Part shown: positions 18,236-28,177 of the stretch, piece after piece | How positions within the stretch are numbered: position 1 is the first letter of the stretch | Layout: every line of letters starts with the position of its first letter | From: Gemmatimonadales bacterium | GTDB lineage: Bacteria > Gemmatimonadota > Gemmatimonadetes > Gemmatimonadales > GWC2-71-9 | Direction of reading: 5' to 3' | Assembly (NCBI GenBank): GCA_041580775.1 | Contig: JBFGDF010000004.1 | Coordinates: 1-58,801 of the forward strand | Length of the DNA: 58,801 nucleotides | The notes under the pieces: generated by a model | What the model was told of the DNA's origin: nothing | Seen by the model: the letters and a program-made list of their open reading frames with translations, nothing else | Database searches by the model: none | Program-made: the position numbers and the translations under genes

Positions 18236-18628
18236 ATGCCGATCGTCACGACCCACGATACCGCACGCGGGATCACCATCCACACGGCCGCCGGGCCACT
18301 CACGTTCCGGGAAGTCATCGGAACGCTGGAGGGCTTCTACGGTCGGGACGACTTGCCCGATCGCGTGCTCTGGGACGGCCGGGACGCGACCATCGCCCAC
18401 CTGACGCACGACGAGCTCGAACGCATTGCCACGTACCCCAAACGATGGCGCCGACCCGACAAGCCGCTGCCGGGCGGCAAGCGGGCGATCGTGGTGAGCA
18501 CCGATCTCGACTACGGACTGGCGCGCATCGTCGATCTCGTGCAGGGGCTCGCCCGCGACGAGCTGCCCTACGAGGTGCGGACGTTCCGGTCGCTGGACGA
18601 GGCCCTCCACTGGCTCGCAAGCGACTGA
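18236..18628 (+). CDS. SpoIIAA/STAS-like hypothetical protein
   Basis: VLWDGR, KRAIVVS.DL.YGLAR, FRSLDEALHWL; GGGAGG RBS. Confidence 0.65.
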   Translation: MPIVTTHDTARGITIHTAAGPLTFREVIGTLEGFYGRDDLPDRVLWDGRDATIAHLTHDELERIATYPKRWRRPDKPLPGGKRAIVVSTDLDYGLARIVDLVQGLARDELPYEVRTFRSLDEALHWLASD

Positions 18629-19149
18629 TGGCGTTCGCGCTCCCCGACGCCATCGCCGTATTGGCCCGCACGCCCGTCACCCTGCGCGACTGGCTCGCCG
18701 AGGCGCCCGTCACCTTGCTGCACGGCACGGAAGGGCCGGACACGTTCAGCCCGGTGGACGTGGTGGGGCACCTGCTGCACGGTGAGGACACCGACTGGAT
18801 TCCGCGCGCCCGTCTCATCCTCGAGCACGGACCTGCGCGCCCGTTCGAGCCGTTCGACCGCTTTGCGCACCGCCGGCTGTACGCCGGCGTCCCCTTCCGG
18901 GATCTGCTCGACCGCTTCGCGGCGCGGCGCGGCGCGAACCTGGAGACCCTGCGCGGCTGGAACCTCACCGCCAAGCAGCTCACGCTCGAAGGTACGCACC
19001 CCGACCTGGGACGCGTGACCCTGGAAGAGCTCCTGGCGACGTGGGTGGTGCACGATCTCGCCCACGTCGCTCAGATCGCGCGCGTCATGGCCAAGCAGTA
19101 TGCGGGCCTGGTCGGACCGTGGCGAGCGTCTCTGGCCGTCCTCCGGTGA
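18628..19149 (+). CDS. DinB-family protein
   Basis: VVGHL.HGE.TDW..R, FEPFDR, TWVVHDLAHVAQ. Confidence 0.85.
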   Translation: MAFALPDAIAVLARTPVTLRDWLAEAPVTLLHGTEGPDTFSPVDVVGHLLHGEDTDWIPRARLILEHGPARPFEPFDRFAHRRLYAGVPFRDLLDRFAARRGANLETLRGWNLTAKQLTLEGTHPDLGRVTLEELLATWVVHDLAHVAQIARVMAKQYAGLVGPWRASLAVLR

Positions 19150-19203
19150 AAACTGAACAGTGAAACGCGCGCGTGTCGCCGTCCACTCTTCGAGCTTCAC
19201 GCG

Positions 19204-19656
19204 TCAGTCACCCGCCGGGTTCCCGATATCGAGCACGACCTTCCACGTGCCGTCCGGCTGGCGGCGCCAGATCGACACGTAATTCCCGCGGCCCGTCACC
19301 GAATCGCCCGTGGCGGTACGTACGACGCTCTGCCAGCGGCCAAAGGTGTACCCGATGTCGCCGGACGCGGCGACGACCGCCGAGTCGGGCGCCCAACGGA
19401 GCGCCCGGGCAGTGTCGGCGAACACCTGCACCATGACGGCCCGGATCGAATCCTGCCCCGCGAGAACCCCCCCGGTGGCCAGGTACTGGCGGGCGTCCGG
19501 CGCAAACCAGTCTGCCCAGCCCTCTCCGCCCCGTGCCGCCGTCTCGGCGGCAAACGCCCGATCCGCGTCCATCAGCTCGCGCGGATCCGGCGGCGGCCCC
19601 CACGGTGGGCCACACGCGCTCATCAAGAGCACGAGACTCACCACACGTCCACGCAT
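19204..19656 (-). CDS. DUF4440 / NTF2-like lipoprotein
   Basis: MSAC lipobox; DRAF, SGDIGYTFG, YVSIWRRQPDGTWKVVLDIG. Confidence 0.82.
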   Translation of the reverse strand: MRGRVVSLVLLMSACGPPWGPPPDPRELMDADRAFAAETAARGGEGWADWFAPDARQYLATGGVLAGQDSIRAVMVQVFADTARALRWAPDSAVVAASGDIGYTFGRWQSVVRTATGDSVTGRGNYVSIWRRQPDGTWKVVLDIGNPAGD

Positions 19657-19733
19657 CCTGCCTCCCTCCGTCCTGCGGCCTGGCGTCCCATCAATCGTCA
19701 CGTGACCGCTGATCACTGAAGATTGGTCATAGG

Positions 19734-20570
19734 TCATGGATCAGTCCCGCTCAGCATTCCCGCCATCACCTCCCGGGTTGGTCCGTCGAGTTTCGACAGG
19801 CCGAGGGCCACGCGTCCGAGTGCACAGTACGCCGTGCGCAGATCGGCGGGCAGCACCGCGAGATGGGCGCGGACGGTCGCGACGTCCCCGCGCACGATGG
19901 GGCCCGTCAGCGCCGCCGGTCCGTCGGCGGCGATGTTGGCCAACGTGCCCTCCATGAGGGCGGCGATGCCGGCACGCGCGTCCCGCGTTTCGAGACCGGC
20001 GTCTTCCATCAGGCGCTCCGCCACGGCCGCGAGCACGACCAGGTAGTTGGAGGCGATCGCCGCGGCCGCGTGATAGCGGGCCTTGGCGGCTTCGGCAACG
20101 TGCACCGGTCGCAGCCCGATGCTCCGCGCCAACTCGGCGGCTGCGCGCACGGCACGCTCGTCGCCGCTCAGCGCCGCCAGCGCCCCCCGCAGTCGCGCGG
20201 GGGCGGCCTCCGGCTGCGCGATGGCCTGAAGCGGGTGCAGCACGCCCACGGCGGCCCCGGTGGCGCGCAGTGCCTTAAGGGGCGTCGTGTCGAGGAGCCC
20301 GGACAGGTGGAGCACTACGTGGTGCGACGTCACCGCGCCGGTGGACGCCACGGCGGTGGCCGTCGGTTCGATGGCGTCATCGCGAACCGCGAGCACGAGC
20401 ACCGCCACCGTGTCGAGCCACGGCGGGGGGCCGCCCCAGGACAAACGAAGCGGCGGGGGAACCGGTTTCCCCCCCCGCCCGTGGAGCCGCACGTCGTGAC
20501 CCGCTTGCGTCAGCGCGACCGCCAGGCCAAGCCCGGCGCGTCCGGGGCCGACGATGCCGACGGCGCTCAA
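19734..20570 (-). CDS. Rossmann-like plus DUF2520 protein (PanG-type ketopantoate reductase candidate)
   Basis: GPGRAG, LAVRDD, HLSG, HPLQ, YHAAAAIASN, LTGPIVRGD. Confidence 0.85.
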   Translation of the reverse strand: MSAVGIVGPGRAGLGLAVALTQAGHDVRLHGRGGKPVPPPLRLSWGGPPPWLDTVAVLVLAVRDDAIEPTATAVASTGAVTSHHVVLHLSGLLDTTPLKALRATGAAVGVLHPLQAIAQPEAAPARLRGALAALSGDERAVRAAAELARSIGLRPVHVAEAAKARYHAAAAIASNYLVVLAAVAERLMEDAGLETRDARAGIAALMEGTLANIAADGPAALTGPIVRGDVATVRAHLAVLPADLRTAYCALGRVALGLSKLDGPTREVMAGMLSGTDP

Positions 20571-22204
20571 CGCCCGGGCCGGGCCTCCGGCTCGACGGCG
20601 AGCGTGAGCAATTCGCTTGGCGACTTGGCCCGCGCCAGCAACCCCATCGCCTCGCGTACCTGCGCGTCGCGCCGCAGTTGCCGCTGGATCTCGGCCGGCC
20701 GCCCGAACACGTAGCGGGCCACCTCGTCACCCAGCTGCTCGTCGAGCAGCGTTCCCGCGCCGGCGAATATCGAGTCGGGCAGCGTGACGCCCCGCTCGCG
20801 CACGCGCCGAATCAACTCGCCCCGCATGGCGGCGGTGACCCGGAACTCCGGATCGGCGATCGCGTTCCGGCCCTTGAGGTCGAGCGCATACGTCGTCAGC
20901 GCCGACCGGTAGTCCGGCACGCGCGCGCCCAAGGCCCGCGCGAATGCCTGCTCGGGGGTCGTGAGCGTGTCGGACAAAATCACCCGATCGGGAATGATGC
21001 CACCGCCGCCGTACACCGTGCGGCCAGCATCCGTGCGGAACACCGGCCTCACCGAATCGGCTGGCACCGAATCCGCGGGCGCCGCGTCGGCCGGCGCGTC
21101 GGCCTCGTCCGGAGCCACGGCCACCGTCATCGGCCGCCGGGTGGGCCGCTCGAGCTGCCGCCCGCTGGGGGTATGCCAGCGGCCGGTCGTGAGCTTCAAG
21201 GCCTGCGGGCCGGGCCCCAGCTCGAAAACCGACTGCACGAGGCCCTTACCGAACGTCTGCGTGCCGACGATCAGCGCGCGGTCGTGATCCTGCAAGGCGC
21301 CCGCGATGATCTCGGCCGCGCTGGCCGAGTTGCCGTTCACCAGCACGATGACGGGCATGTCAGCCCAGGACTGGGCGTGCGAGGCGCGGAACACCCCCGA
21401 GGCGCCGGGCGCGCGCCCCCGCGTTTCGACCACGACCTGCCCGCGATCGAGGAACAGGTCGGCGACGGCGACCCCCTCGTTGAGCAGGCCGCCCGGGTTG
21501 TTGCGCATGTCCAGGATGAGGCCGCGCGCGCCCGCCGCGCGCAGCCGTGTGATCTCCTCGCCGAGCTCCTGCGCCGATTCCTCGCTCACCTGCGTCAGCC
21601 GGAGGAAGCCCACCCCGCCCGGCAGCACCGTGCCACCCTCCACCGAGCGCACGTGGATCTGCTCGCGCACGATTCGGAAGTCGATCGGCTCTGGGACGCC
21701 GGGACGGCTCACCGTGATGGTCGTGGGTGCCCCCGGGGGGCCCCGCAACCTCCCCACGGCCTTGTCGGCCGACCATTCGTGGGTGGACTCGCCGTCCACC
21801 GCGATGATCCGATCGCCCGCCTGCACGCCGGCCCGTTCGGCGGGCGTGTCGGGCAGCGGCGCGACGATCTGAATCCAGCCGTCGCTCGGCTCGATGCGGA
21901 TGCCGAGCCCGCCGTAGTTGCCGGTGGTCGACACGCGCAGATCTTCGAGATCACTGGGACGCAGGAAGGTCGAATACGGGTCCTGCAACTCCTTGAGCAT
22001 GCCGTCGATCGCGAGATCGTACAGCCGCCCGGCGTCCAGCGAATCGACGTAGTACTCGGAGACGTAGGCCACCACGTTCTCGAACAGCCGGGCCTTCTGA
22101 TACACGTCCCCGGCGTGTTGCCCGCCGCGCTGCAACAGCCAGCCGCCCGACAGGAACGCGATGAAGCCAACGAGTCCGAACAGCAGCAGGTTCTTCCGGT
22201 TCAT
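20567..22204 (-). CDS. ctpA: C-terminal processing protease, S41 family (CtpA/Prc)
   Basis: DPYS, GGLG PDZ loop, DMRNNPGG, SASAAEI, TFGKG. Confidence 0.92.
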   Translation of the reverse strand: MNRKNLLLFGLVGFIAFLSGGWLLQRGGQHAGDVYQKARLFENVVAYVSEYYVDSLDAGRLYDLAIDGMLKELQDPYSTFLRPSDLEDLRVSTTGNYGGLGIRIEPSDGWIQIVAPLPDTPAERAGVQAGDRIIAVDGESTHEWSADKAVGRLRGPPGAPTTITVSRPGVPEPIDFRIVREQIHVRSVEGGTVLPGGVGFLRLTQVSEESAQELGEEITRLRAAGARGLILDMRNNPGGLLNEGVAVADLFLDRGQVVVETRGRAPGASGVFRASHAQSWADMPVIVLVNGNSASAAEIIAGALQDHDRALIVGTQTFGKGLVQSVFELGPGPQALKLTTGRWHTPSGRQLERPTRRPMTVAVAPDEADAPADAAPADSVPADSVRPVFRTDAGRTVYGGGGIIPDRVILSDTLTTPEQAFARALGARVPDYRSALTTYALDLKGRNAIADPEFRVTAAMRGELIRRVRERGVTLPDSIFAGAGTLLDEQLGDEVARYVFGRPAEIQRQLRRDAQVREAMGLLARAKSPSELLTLAVEPEARPGR

Positions 22205-22229
22205 GACGCTCTCCCGCGCCCCCGTTCGC

Positions 22230-22868
22230 TCATTCAACCCGGGCCGACGCCGTTTGTTTCCCCAGACGGGCCGCGACCGCCTCCCACGCCGCCGCCTCGA
22301 GCGCGGGCGGCGTGGCGGTGCCGTCGAGGTGGATCACCCCGGCGCCCGCCGCCGCGCGGAACGCCGCGGTCACGCGTGCATGGAACTCCGCATCCGCCCG
22401 CTCGAGCCGGTCGGGCACCTTCCCGGCCGCCACCTGGCGCGCCTGCCCGACCTGCACCGGGACATCCACGATCAACGTGAGGTCCGGCACGAGCCCCCCC
22501 GTAGCGAGCCGATTGGCCCCCCGCACCGCCGCCCCGTCCAGCCCCCGGCCCGCTACCTGATACGCGTCGGTGGACAACTCGTAGCGATCGCACAGCACCA
22601 CGCGGCCCGCGGCCAGGGCCGGCCGGATCACCTTGTGCACCAGATCGGCGCGGGCAGCGAGCAGCAGGAACAACTCCGCCCGTGGCGAGGCGTCGAGCGC
22701 CGGGTCGAGGAAGGCTGCCCGGGCGGCTTCGGCCACGGGCGTCCCGCCTGGTTCGCGCACCTCGACGGGGGTATGCCCCGCCGCCAGGAGGCGCCGCGCG
22801 AGTCCGCGGGCGAGCGTGGACTTGCCGGCCCCTTCCGGGCCCTCGATCGTGATGAAGAGGCCCGTCAC
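22230..22868 (-). CDS. tmk: Thymidylate kinase
   Basis: FITIEGPEGAGKST, REPGG, CDRY. Confidence 0.95.
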   Translation of the reverse strand: MTGLFITIEGPEGAGKSTLARGLARRLLAAGHTPVEVREPGGTPVAEAARAAFLDPALDASPRAELFLLLAARADLVHKVIRPALAAGRVVLCDRYELSTDAYQVAGRGLDGAAVRGANRLATGGLVPDLTLIVDVPVQVGQARQVAAGKVPDRLERADAEFHARVTAAFRAAAGAGVIHLDGTATPPALEAAAWEAVAARLGKQTASARVE

Positions 22869-22875
22869 GCCGCAC

Positions 22876-23238
22876 TCAGGTCAGCGTGATGATGGGACTG
22901 GCCGATCCCTTCTTGATGCCTTCCATGATCTGCTCGTTCACCCGCAACATCAGCTTGTCGAAATTGGCCTGCGCGGCCACCGCCGACTGATAGCGGGCGT
23001 CGCCCTGGATGCGCGCGAGCAGATCGTTGTACTCGGTGACCTGGGGTTCCGGGGGCTCCCGCTCCTCGAGCGCCGCGCGCTCGAGTTGCTCGGCCAACGC
23101 GTGGAGACGGTTCATGCGTTCCTGCAACTCCCGCTCGTCCCGCACGTGTTCATGGGCGTGACGCAAGGCCTTGTACTCGTCGCTCTGGCCAATCAGCCGT
23201 CCCAGATCCACCGCCTTTTCCGAGATCACCGCGATCAC
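22876..23238 (-). CDS. YlbF/YmcA-family helical protein
   Basis: EKA.DLGRLIGQSDEY...AQANFDKLMLRVNEQI; GGAGG RBS; overlaps prmC stop. Confidence 0.72.
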   Translation of the reverse strand: MIAVISEKAVDLGRLIGQSDEYKALRHAHEHVRDERELQERMNRLHALAEQLERAALEEREPPEPQVTEYNDLLARIQGDARYQSAVAAQANFDKLMLRVNEQIMEGIKKGSASPIITLT

Positions 23239-24152
23239 TCCGCCTCCTTGGTCGCGAGAAGATACCTGGGGCGCCCGCAGAGGTCCTGTTCGACGCGCGC
23301 CGTCGTCCACCCCACCGCCCGGGCGAGGGCCAGCGCCGCCCCCGCGCGTCTGCAATCTAGCTCCAGCGCCAGAAGCCCGCCGGGCTTTACGCACCGCTGC
23401 GCCTGACGCAGGACGCCGGCCGTGTGCCCCAAGCCGTCCGTCCCGCTCACCAGCGCCAGCCGGGGCTCGTGGCAGCGGACCCCCGGCTCGAGCGCGTCCC
23501 ACTCCAGCGCCGTCACGTACGGCGGGTTCGAGACCACGACGTCGACCTGCTCGCCCCGGAGCGGCGACAGCACGTCCCCCGCGCGGAACTCCACCGCGCC
23601 GGCCCCCACGCGGGCCGCGTTCGCCCCGGCAACGGTCAATGCCGCCTCCGACACGTCCGTGGCGATGATGCGGCGAAAGGCGCCCTCGGTGGCGAGCGCG
23701 AGCGCAATGCAGCCGCTTCCCGTCCCGATGTCGGCGGCGACGCCCCACCGACCGCGCGACCGCGCGAAGGCGAGCACGTGTTCGACGAGTCCTTCCGTTT
23801 CGGGACGCGGGATCAGCACCCGCTCGTCCACCGCGAGCTCGAGCTGGCGGAACGCGGCGGTGCCCGCCGCGTACGCGGCCGGGACCCCCGCCCTCCGGCG
23901 CGCCACCGCGGCGCGATAGCGCGCCGCCAGGGCCGCAGCCGGCGTCTGCACCCGCCCGCGCCACGCCTCCCCCGTGGACGTGTGTGCCACCGCCGCCCAC
24001 AGCTCCCGGGCGTCCCGCGCCGGATCGTCGACGCCGGCGCCGGCCAGGGCCCCGGCGGCCTCCGCGAGCAGGTCGGCGACGGTCGCGCCGTCCCCCGGCC
24101 CCTCCGGCGCGCGACCACCCACCCAGCCGCCCAACCGCCCGTCCGTCTTCAC
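23235..24152 (-). CDS. prmC: Release factor glutamine methyltransferase
   Basis: VLIPRPETE, DIGTGSG, SNPPY; follows prfA. Confidence 0.93.
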   Translation of the reverse strand: MKTDGRLGGWVGGRAPEGPGDGATVADLLAEAAGALAGAGVDDPARDARELWAAVAHTSTGEAWRGRVQTPAAALAARYRAAVARRRAGVPAAYAAGTAAFRQLELAVDERVLIPRPETEGLVEHVLAFARSRGRWGVAADIGTGSGCIALALATEGAFRRIIATDVSEAALTVAGANAARVGAGAVEFRAGDVLSPLRGEQVDVVVSNPPYVTALEWDALEPGVRCHEPRLALVSGTDGLGHTAGVLRQAQRCVKPGGLLALELDCRRAGAALALARAVGWTTARVEQDLCGRPRYLLATKEAE

Positions 24153-25207
24153 ACCGCCACCTGTTCCGCGCGATGCGCCAGCTGGAGCTGCTCCATCAGC
24201 TCGTCGAGAGCGCCTTCGAGCACGTCGCCCAGCGAATGCACGGTGAAGTTGATGCGGTGGTCCGTCACCCGGTTCTGCGGGAAGTTGTACGTGCGGATCT
24301 TGGCCGACCGGTCGCCCGTCCCCACCATGGCGCGCCGATCCCGAGCCCGTGCGGCTTCCTGCTCGGCGATCATGCGATCGAGCAACCGCGCCCGGAGCAC
24401 TTCGAGCGCCCGCAGCTTGTTCTGCAGCTGCGATTTCTGGTCCTGGCACGACACCACCAGGCCCGTCGGCACGTGCGTCACCCGGACGGCGCTGTCGGTC
24501 GTGTTCACGCTCTGCCCGCCGGGGCCGGACGAGCGGAACACGTCGATCTTGAGGTCTTTCTCCTCGATCGTGACGTCGATCTCCTCGGCCTCGGGCAGCA
24601 CGGCCACCGTGGCCGCCGACGTGTGGATCCGCCCTTGCGCTTCGGTAACCGGCACGCGCTGCACGCGGTGGACGCCCGATTCGTGCCGCAGCAGGCCGTA
24701 CGCGCGATCGCCGTGCACGGCGAGGATCGCCTCCCGGATCCCGCCCATGTTGCCCTCGTGCAGCTCGACCGTCTCGACCGTCCAGCCGCGCCGCTCGCCG
24801 AACCGCGTGTACATGCGCACCAGCTCGGCGGCAAACAGCGCCGCCTCGTCCCCGCCGGTTCCGGCGCGGATCTCCATGATGACGTCGCGATCGTCCAGCG
24901 GATCGGGCGGGACCAGCAGGTCGGTGAGCTCGCGCTCGAGGGTCTCGACCACCGGCGTCAGCCGATCGAGGTCGGCGCGGGCGAGCTCGGCCAGCCCGGG
25001 ATCCGGGTCCCGCGCGAGCTCCCGCGCCTGGGCCAGTTCGTCGGTGAGCTTCTCGAGCCGGCGGGCGGTGTGCCGGATGCGCTCGAGCCGCGCATGCTCC
25101 CGGCCGAGCGTCTTCAGGGTCTGGGGATCGCGCGCCGTGGCCGGATCGGCCAGGGCACGTTCGACTTCGGCCGCGCGGGCCAGCGCGGCGGTGAGCCGCG
25201 CCTCCAC
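24149..25207 (-). CDS. prfA: Peptide chain release factor 1
   Basis: EIRAGTGGDEA, PVT (PxT) motif, GGQ, RTYNFPQNRVTDHR. Confidence 0.96.
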   Translation of the reverse strand: MEARLTAALARAAEVERALADPATARDPQTLKTLGREHARLERIRHTARRLEKLTDELAQARELARDPDPGLAELARADLDRLTPVVETLERELTDLLVPPDPLDDRDVIMEIRAGTGGDEAALFAAELVRMYTRFGERRGWTVETVELHEGNMGGIREAILAVHGDRAYGLLRHESGVHRVQRVPVTEAQGRIHTSAATVAVLPEAEEIDVTIEEKDLKIDVFRSSGPGGQSVNTTDSAVRVTHVPTGLVVSCQDQKSQLQNKLRALEVLRARLLDRMIAEQEAARARDRRAMVGTGDRSAKIRTYNFPQNRVTDHRINFTVHSLGDVLEGALDELMEQLQLAHRAEQVAV

Positions 25208-25209
25208 GC

Positions 25210-25428
25210 TCAGCTCTCCTGGACCGTGGCGCTCTGCCCGTACCGGCGCTTGAACCGCTCCACCCGGCCCGCCGTGTCCACCAGTCGCTGCTTGCCGGTG
25301 AAGTACGGATGGCACTTGGCGCAGATTTCCACGTGGATGGCCGGCTGCGTCGAGCGCGTCACCCAGACGTTGCCGCACGCGCAGGTCACGCCGGCCCGCT
25401 GGTAGTTGGGATGAATGCCCTGCTTCAC
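25210..25428 (-). CDS. rpmE: 50S ribosomal protein L31 (Zn-binding type)
   Basis: [32 protein letters not shown]. Confidence 0.96.
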   Translation of the reverse strand: MKQGIHPNYQRAGVTCACGNVWVTRSTQPAIHVEICAKCHPYFTGKQRLVDTAGRVERFKRRYGQSATVQES

Positions 25429-25469
25429 GGGGTCGCTCCGTTCATGGTCGCGGAATTCACAAGCTTGGA

Positions 25470-25499
25470 AATATAAAGACCACTTGGACTTGGCGGCAA
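25470..25499 (-). promoter_or_regulatory. Sigma70-type promoter of the rpmE operon
   Basis: TTGCCG-18 nt-TATATT. Confidence 0.55.
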
Positions 25500-25519
25500 C
25501 CCACCCCCCGGCGCCTCGA

Positions 25520-25548
25520 TTGACACTGCTCCGCCCGACGGGTAAGCT
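25520..25548 (+). promoter_or_regulatory. Sigma70-type promoter of the Crp/Fnr gene
   Basis: TTGACA-17 nt-TAAGCT. Confidence 0.7.
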
Positions 25549-25586
25549 TGGCCGACCCCTTCCCGCCCGCCGTTTGAGGCTTCCTG

Positions 25587-26258
25587 ATGGCCGTCGTTGA
25601 GACCCTGCGAGCGGTTCCGCTCTTCGCCCACCTCGGTGACGAGGAGCTCGGCCGCCTGGCGGCCGCCGTCCGGGACCGCACGTACCCCCGCCACAGCGTG
25701 ATCCTGTTCGAGGACGATCCCGGCGACGCGCTGTACGTCGTGATCGGCGGGCAGGTCAAGGTCGTGCTGATCGGGGAGGACGGCCGGGAGGTCATTCTGG
25801 CCGTGTTCGGCCCCGGCGATTTCTTCGGCGAAATGGCGCTGATCGACGACGAGCCACGCTCCGCGCACGTGATTGCGATGGAAGACGCCGAGCTGCTCGT
25901 GCTGCGCCGGGACGATTTCCACCGCGCCCTGGACGAATACCCGCGCATTGCCCTGGGGCTGCTGCGCGCCCTGTCCCGGCGCCTGCGGCGGGCGGACGAC
26001 AAGATCGGCGCACTGGTGCTGCTCGACGTGCCCAGCCGGGTGGCCCGCATCCTGGTGGAGCTCGCCGACGAGGGCGATGGCCTCTCCGTGACTCGGCGCG
26101 TCACGCATCATACGATCGCACAGATGGTGGGATCGAGCCGCGAGACCGTGTCGCGCACGATGCGCGACCTGTCCGACCAGGGACTGATCGAAGTGACCCG
26201 CAAGGGCATCCGCATCATCGACCGCGCGGCGCTGCGCGCCGTGGCCAAGCTCGCATGA
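25587..26258 (+). CDS. Crp/Fnr-family transcriptional regulator
   Basis: cNMP cassette [14 protein letters not shown]; [17 protein letters not shown]; no FNR-type Cys cluster. Confidence 0.93.
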   Translation: MAVVETLRAVPLFAHLGDEELGRLAAAVRDRTYPRHSVILFEDDPGDALYVVIGGQVKVVLIGEDGREVILAVFGPGDFFGEMALIDDEPRSAHVIAMEDAELLVLRRDDFHRALDEYPRIALGLLRALSRRLRRADDKIGALVLLDVPSRVARILVELADEGDGLSVTRRVTHHTIAQMVGSSRETVSRTMRDLSDQGLIEVTRKGIRIIDRAALRAVAKLA

Positions 26259-26349
26259 GCGTCGGCGTCCGGACGGCGAAGGCCGTGGCTTGCCGCCCAT
26301 TCCGGAAAGCCCGTACTTTGCAGGACATGCGGTGCGACCGACGAGGTGC

Positions 26350-27225
26350 ATGGCCTACACGGTGACGTTCTGGGGGGCCCGTGGCTCGATCCCCACACCG
26401 GGCCCGCACACGGCGCGTTACGGGGGCAACACCCCCTGCCTCGCGCTCGAGACCGACGGTCCCACCGGCGGGCATTTGCTGGTGCTCGACGCCGGCACGG
26501 GCATCCGGCCGTTGGGACGGGCGGTGGTGGAACGCTCGTCCGACCCGCTGGTCGCCGACCTCCTCGTGTCGCATACGCACTGGGACCACATCCAGGGCCT
26601 GCCCTTCTTCGCCCCCCTGTTCGACGAGCGGAGCGAGGTGCGCATCTGGGGGCCGCGGCAGGGCTCGATTGCGCTGGAGCGGATCCTGCGCGAGCAGATG
26701 AACCCGGTCGTGTTCCCGGTGCCGCTCGACCAGCTGGACGCCACGCTGCGCGTGACCGATGTCGAGGCTGGCACCTTCACCGTGGGCGATTTCACGGTCC
26801 GGGCCATGCCGCTCCGCCATCCTGGCACGACCTTCGCATATCGATTATTCCCGACGGCCGGGGGCCGCAGCGTGGTCTACGTCACCGACAACGAGCTGGG
26901 CCCCGGGGGAGATTACGCGGTTGGCCCGTCCTGGCGGGACGACCTGGTCGCGTTCGTGGAAGGCGCGGATCTGCTGATCCACGACGCGATGTTCACGGAC
27001 GCGGAATTGCACCGGTTCCGCGGCTGGGGGCATTCGTCCCACACGGAGGCGATCGAGCTGGCGGCGGACGGCGGGGTCAAGAAGCTGGTGCTGTTCCATC
27101 ACTGGCCCGAGCGGGACGATGCGGCCATGGACGGGTTCCTGGGCGAGGCCTGCGCCATCGCGGCGCGGCGGGCGCGGGGCGTCGAAGTGGTGGCGGCGGT
27201 CGAGGGACTGACACTGACTCTCTAG
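26350..27225 (+). CDS. MBL-fold metallo-hydrolase (RNase Z/phosphodiesterase-like)
   Basis: WGARGSIP, YGGNT.C, DAGTG, SHTHWDHIQG, TDNE, GWGHS, FHH. Confidence 0.9.
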   Translation: MAYTVTFWGARGSIPTPGPHTARYGGNTPCLALETDGPTGGHLLVLDAGTGIRPLGRAVVERSSDPLVADLLVSHTHWDHIQGLPFFAPLFDERSEVRIWGPRQGSIALERILREQMNPVVFPVPLDQLDATLRVTDVEAGTFTVGDFTVRAMPLRHPGTTFAYRLFPTAGGRSVVYVTDNELGPGGDYAVGPSWRDDLVAFVEGADLLIHDAMFTDAELHRFRGWGHSSHTEAIELAADGGVKKLVLFHHWPERDDAAMDGFLGEACAIAARRARGVEVVAAVEGLTLTL

Positions 27226-27239
27226 CGGAGGCGGACGGT

Positions 27240-27944
27240 ATGCGCTGGCGCACTCTCTTCACTCTCGTGGCGGTGGCCGCGCTCGGCGTGGCCCACGTCG
27301 GCGCGCTCCGCGCGCAGGATTCCCGCCCCGGCCTGGGCGTGCTGCCGTTCTACAACGGCGGCTCCTACGGCCAGAACGCCGAAGATTACCAGGCGCTGGA
27401 GGTGGGCATTCAGCAGATGCTCATCACCGAACTGGCACAGAACGCCGGCTTGCGCGTCGTGGAGCGATCGCGGCTCAAGGAGCTGCTGCAGGAGCAGGAT
27501 CTGGGCGCGTCCGGCCGTGTCGATCACGAGACGGCCGCGCGGCTGGGCCGCGTGGTGGGGGCGAAGTACATGATCAAGGGCGGGTTCACCGACGTGTACG
27601 GCAACATGCGGTTGGACCTGCAGGTCGTGAACAGCGAGACCTCGGAGATCATGCATGCCGAGAAGGTCACGTTCAAGAGCAATGAGCTGCTCGAGGGCGT
27701 GGTACGGGCGTCCGGGGAGTTGATCAAGAACCTGAAGCTCCCGGCGCTGAGCCAGGCGTCGCGCGATCAACGAGAGACCCGCGCGAAGGAGATCCCGGCC
27801 GAGGCAGTACGCTATTACACGCGCGGGCTGCTCTACGCCGACCGCGGGGATACGGCGCGCGCCAAGGAGCTGTTCAGCAAGGCCAAGGAGGTCTTTCCCG
27901 CCTACACCGAAGTGGACGTCGCCCTGCAGCAACTGGGGGGCTGA
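27240..27944 (+). CDS. Secreted CsgG/HfaB (TolB-N-like) protein with C-terminal TPR
   Basis: Signal peptide LRAQ; VVERSRL..LL.EQ.L...G.VD..TAA.LG...GAKY. Confidence 0.8.
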   Translation: MRWRTLFTLVAVAALGVAHVGALRAQDSRPGLGVLPFYNGGSYGQNAEDYQALEVGIQQMLITELAQNAGLRVVERSRLKELLQEQDLGASGRVDHETAARLGRVVGAKYMIKGGFTDVYGNMRLDLQVVNSETSEIMHAEKVTFKSNELLEGVVRASGELIKNLKLPALSQASRDQRETRAKEIPAEAVRYYTRGLLYADRGDTARAKELFSKAKEVFPAYTEVDVALQQLGG

Positions 27945-28177
27945 TCGCGGCGGCAGGTGACGGACGCGATCACCGCCCTCGGGCGGGAGGCAGCGCGCCG
28001 GATCGCCCGTACGGGCGCGCTGGCGCGCTGCTTCGCTGACCGCCGCTTGCGCAACCCCATCATGCTGGGTCCGTTCAGCGACCAGATCCGCCGCCGTCCC
28101 CTGCGGGCGCTATGGGGGGTCCGCCCGCCCGGCGACGGCCTGCGGCGCCCGCCGTCCGAGACCGTTCGAGGCCATCG

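Noticed and set aside
19701-19717. CRP-like site CGTGA-N7-TCACT
   Set aside because: Spacer is 7 rather than the 6 nt required for Crp-family sites.
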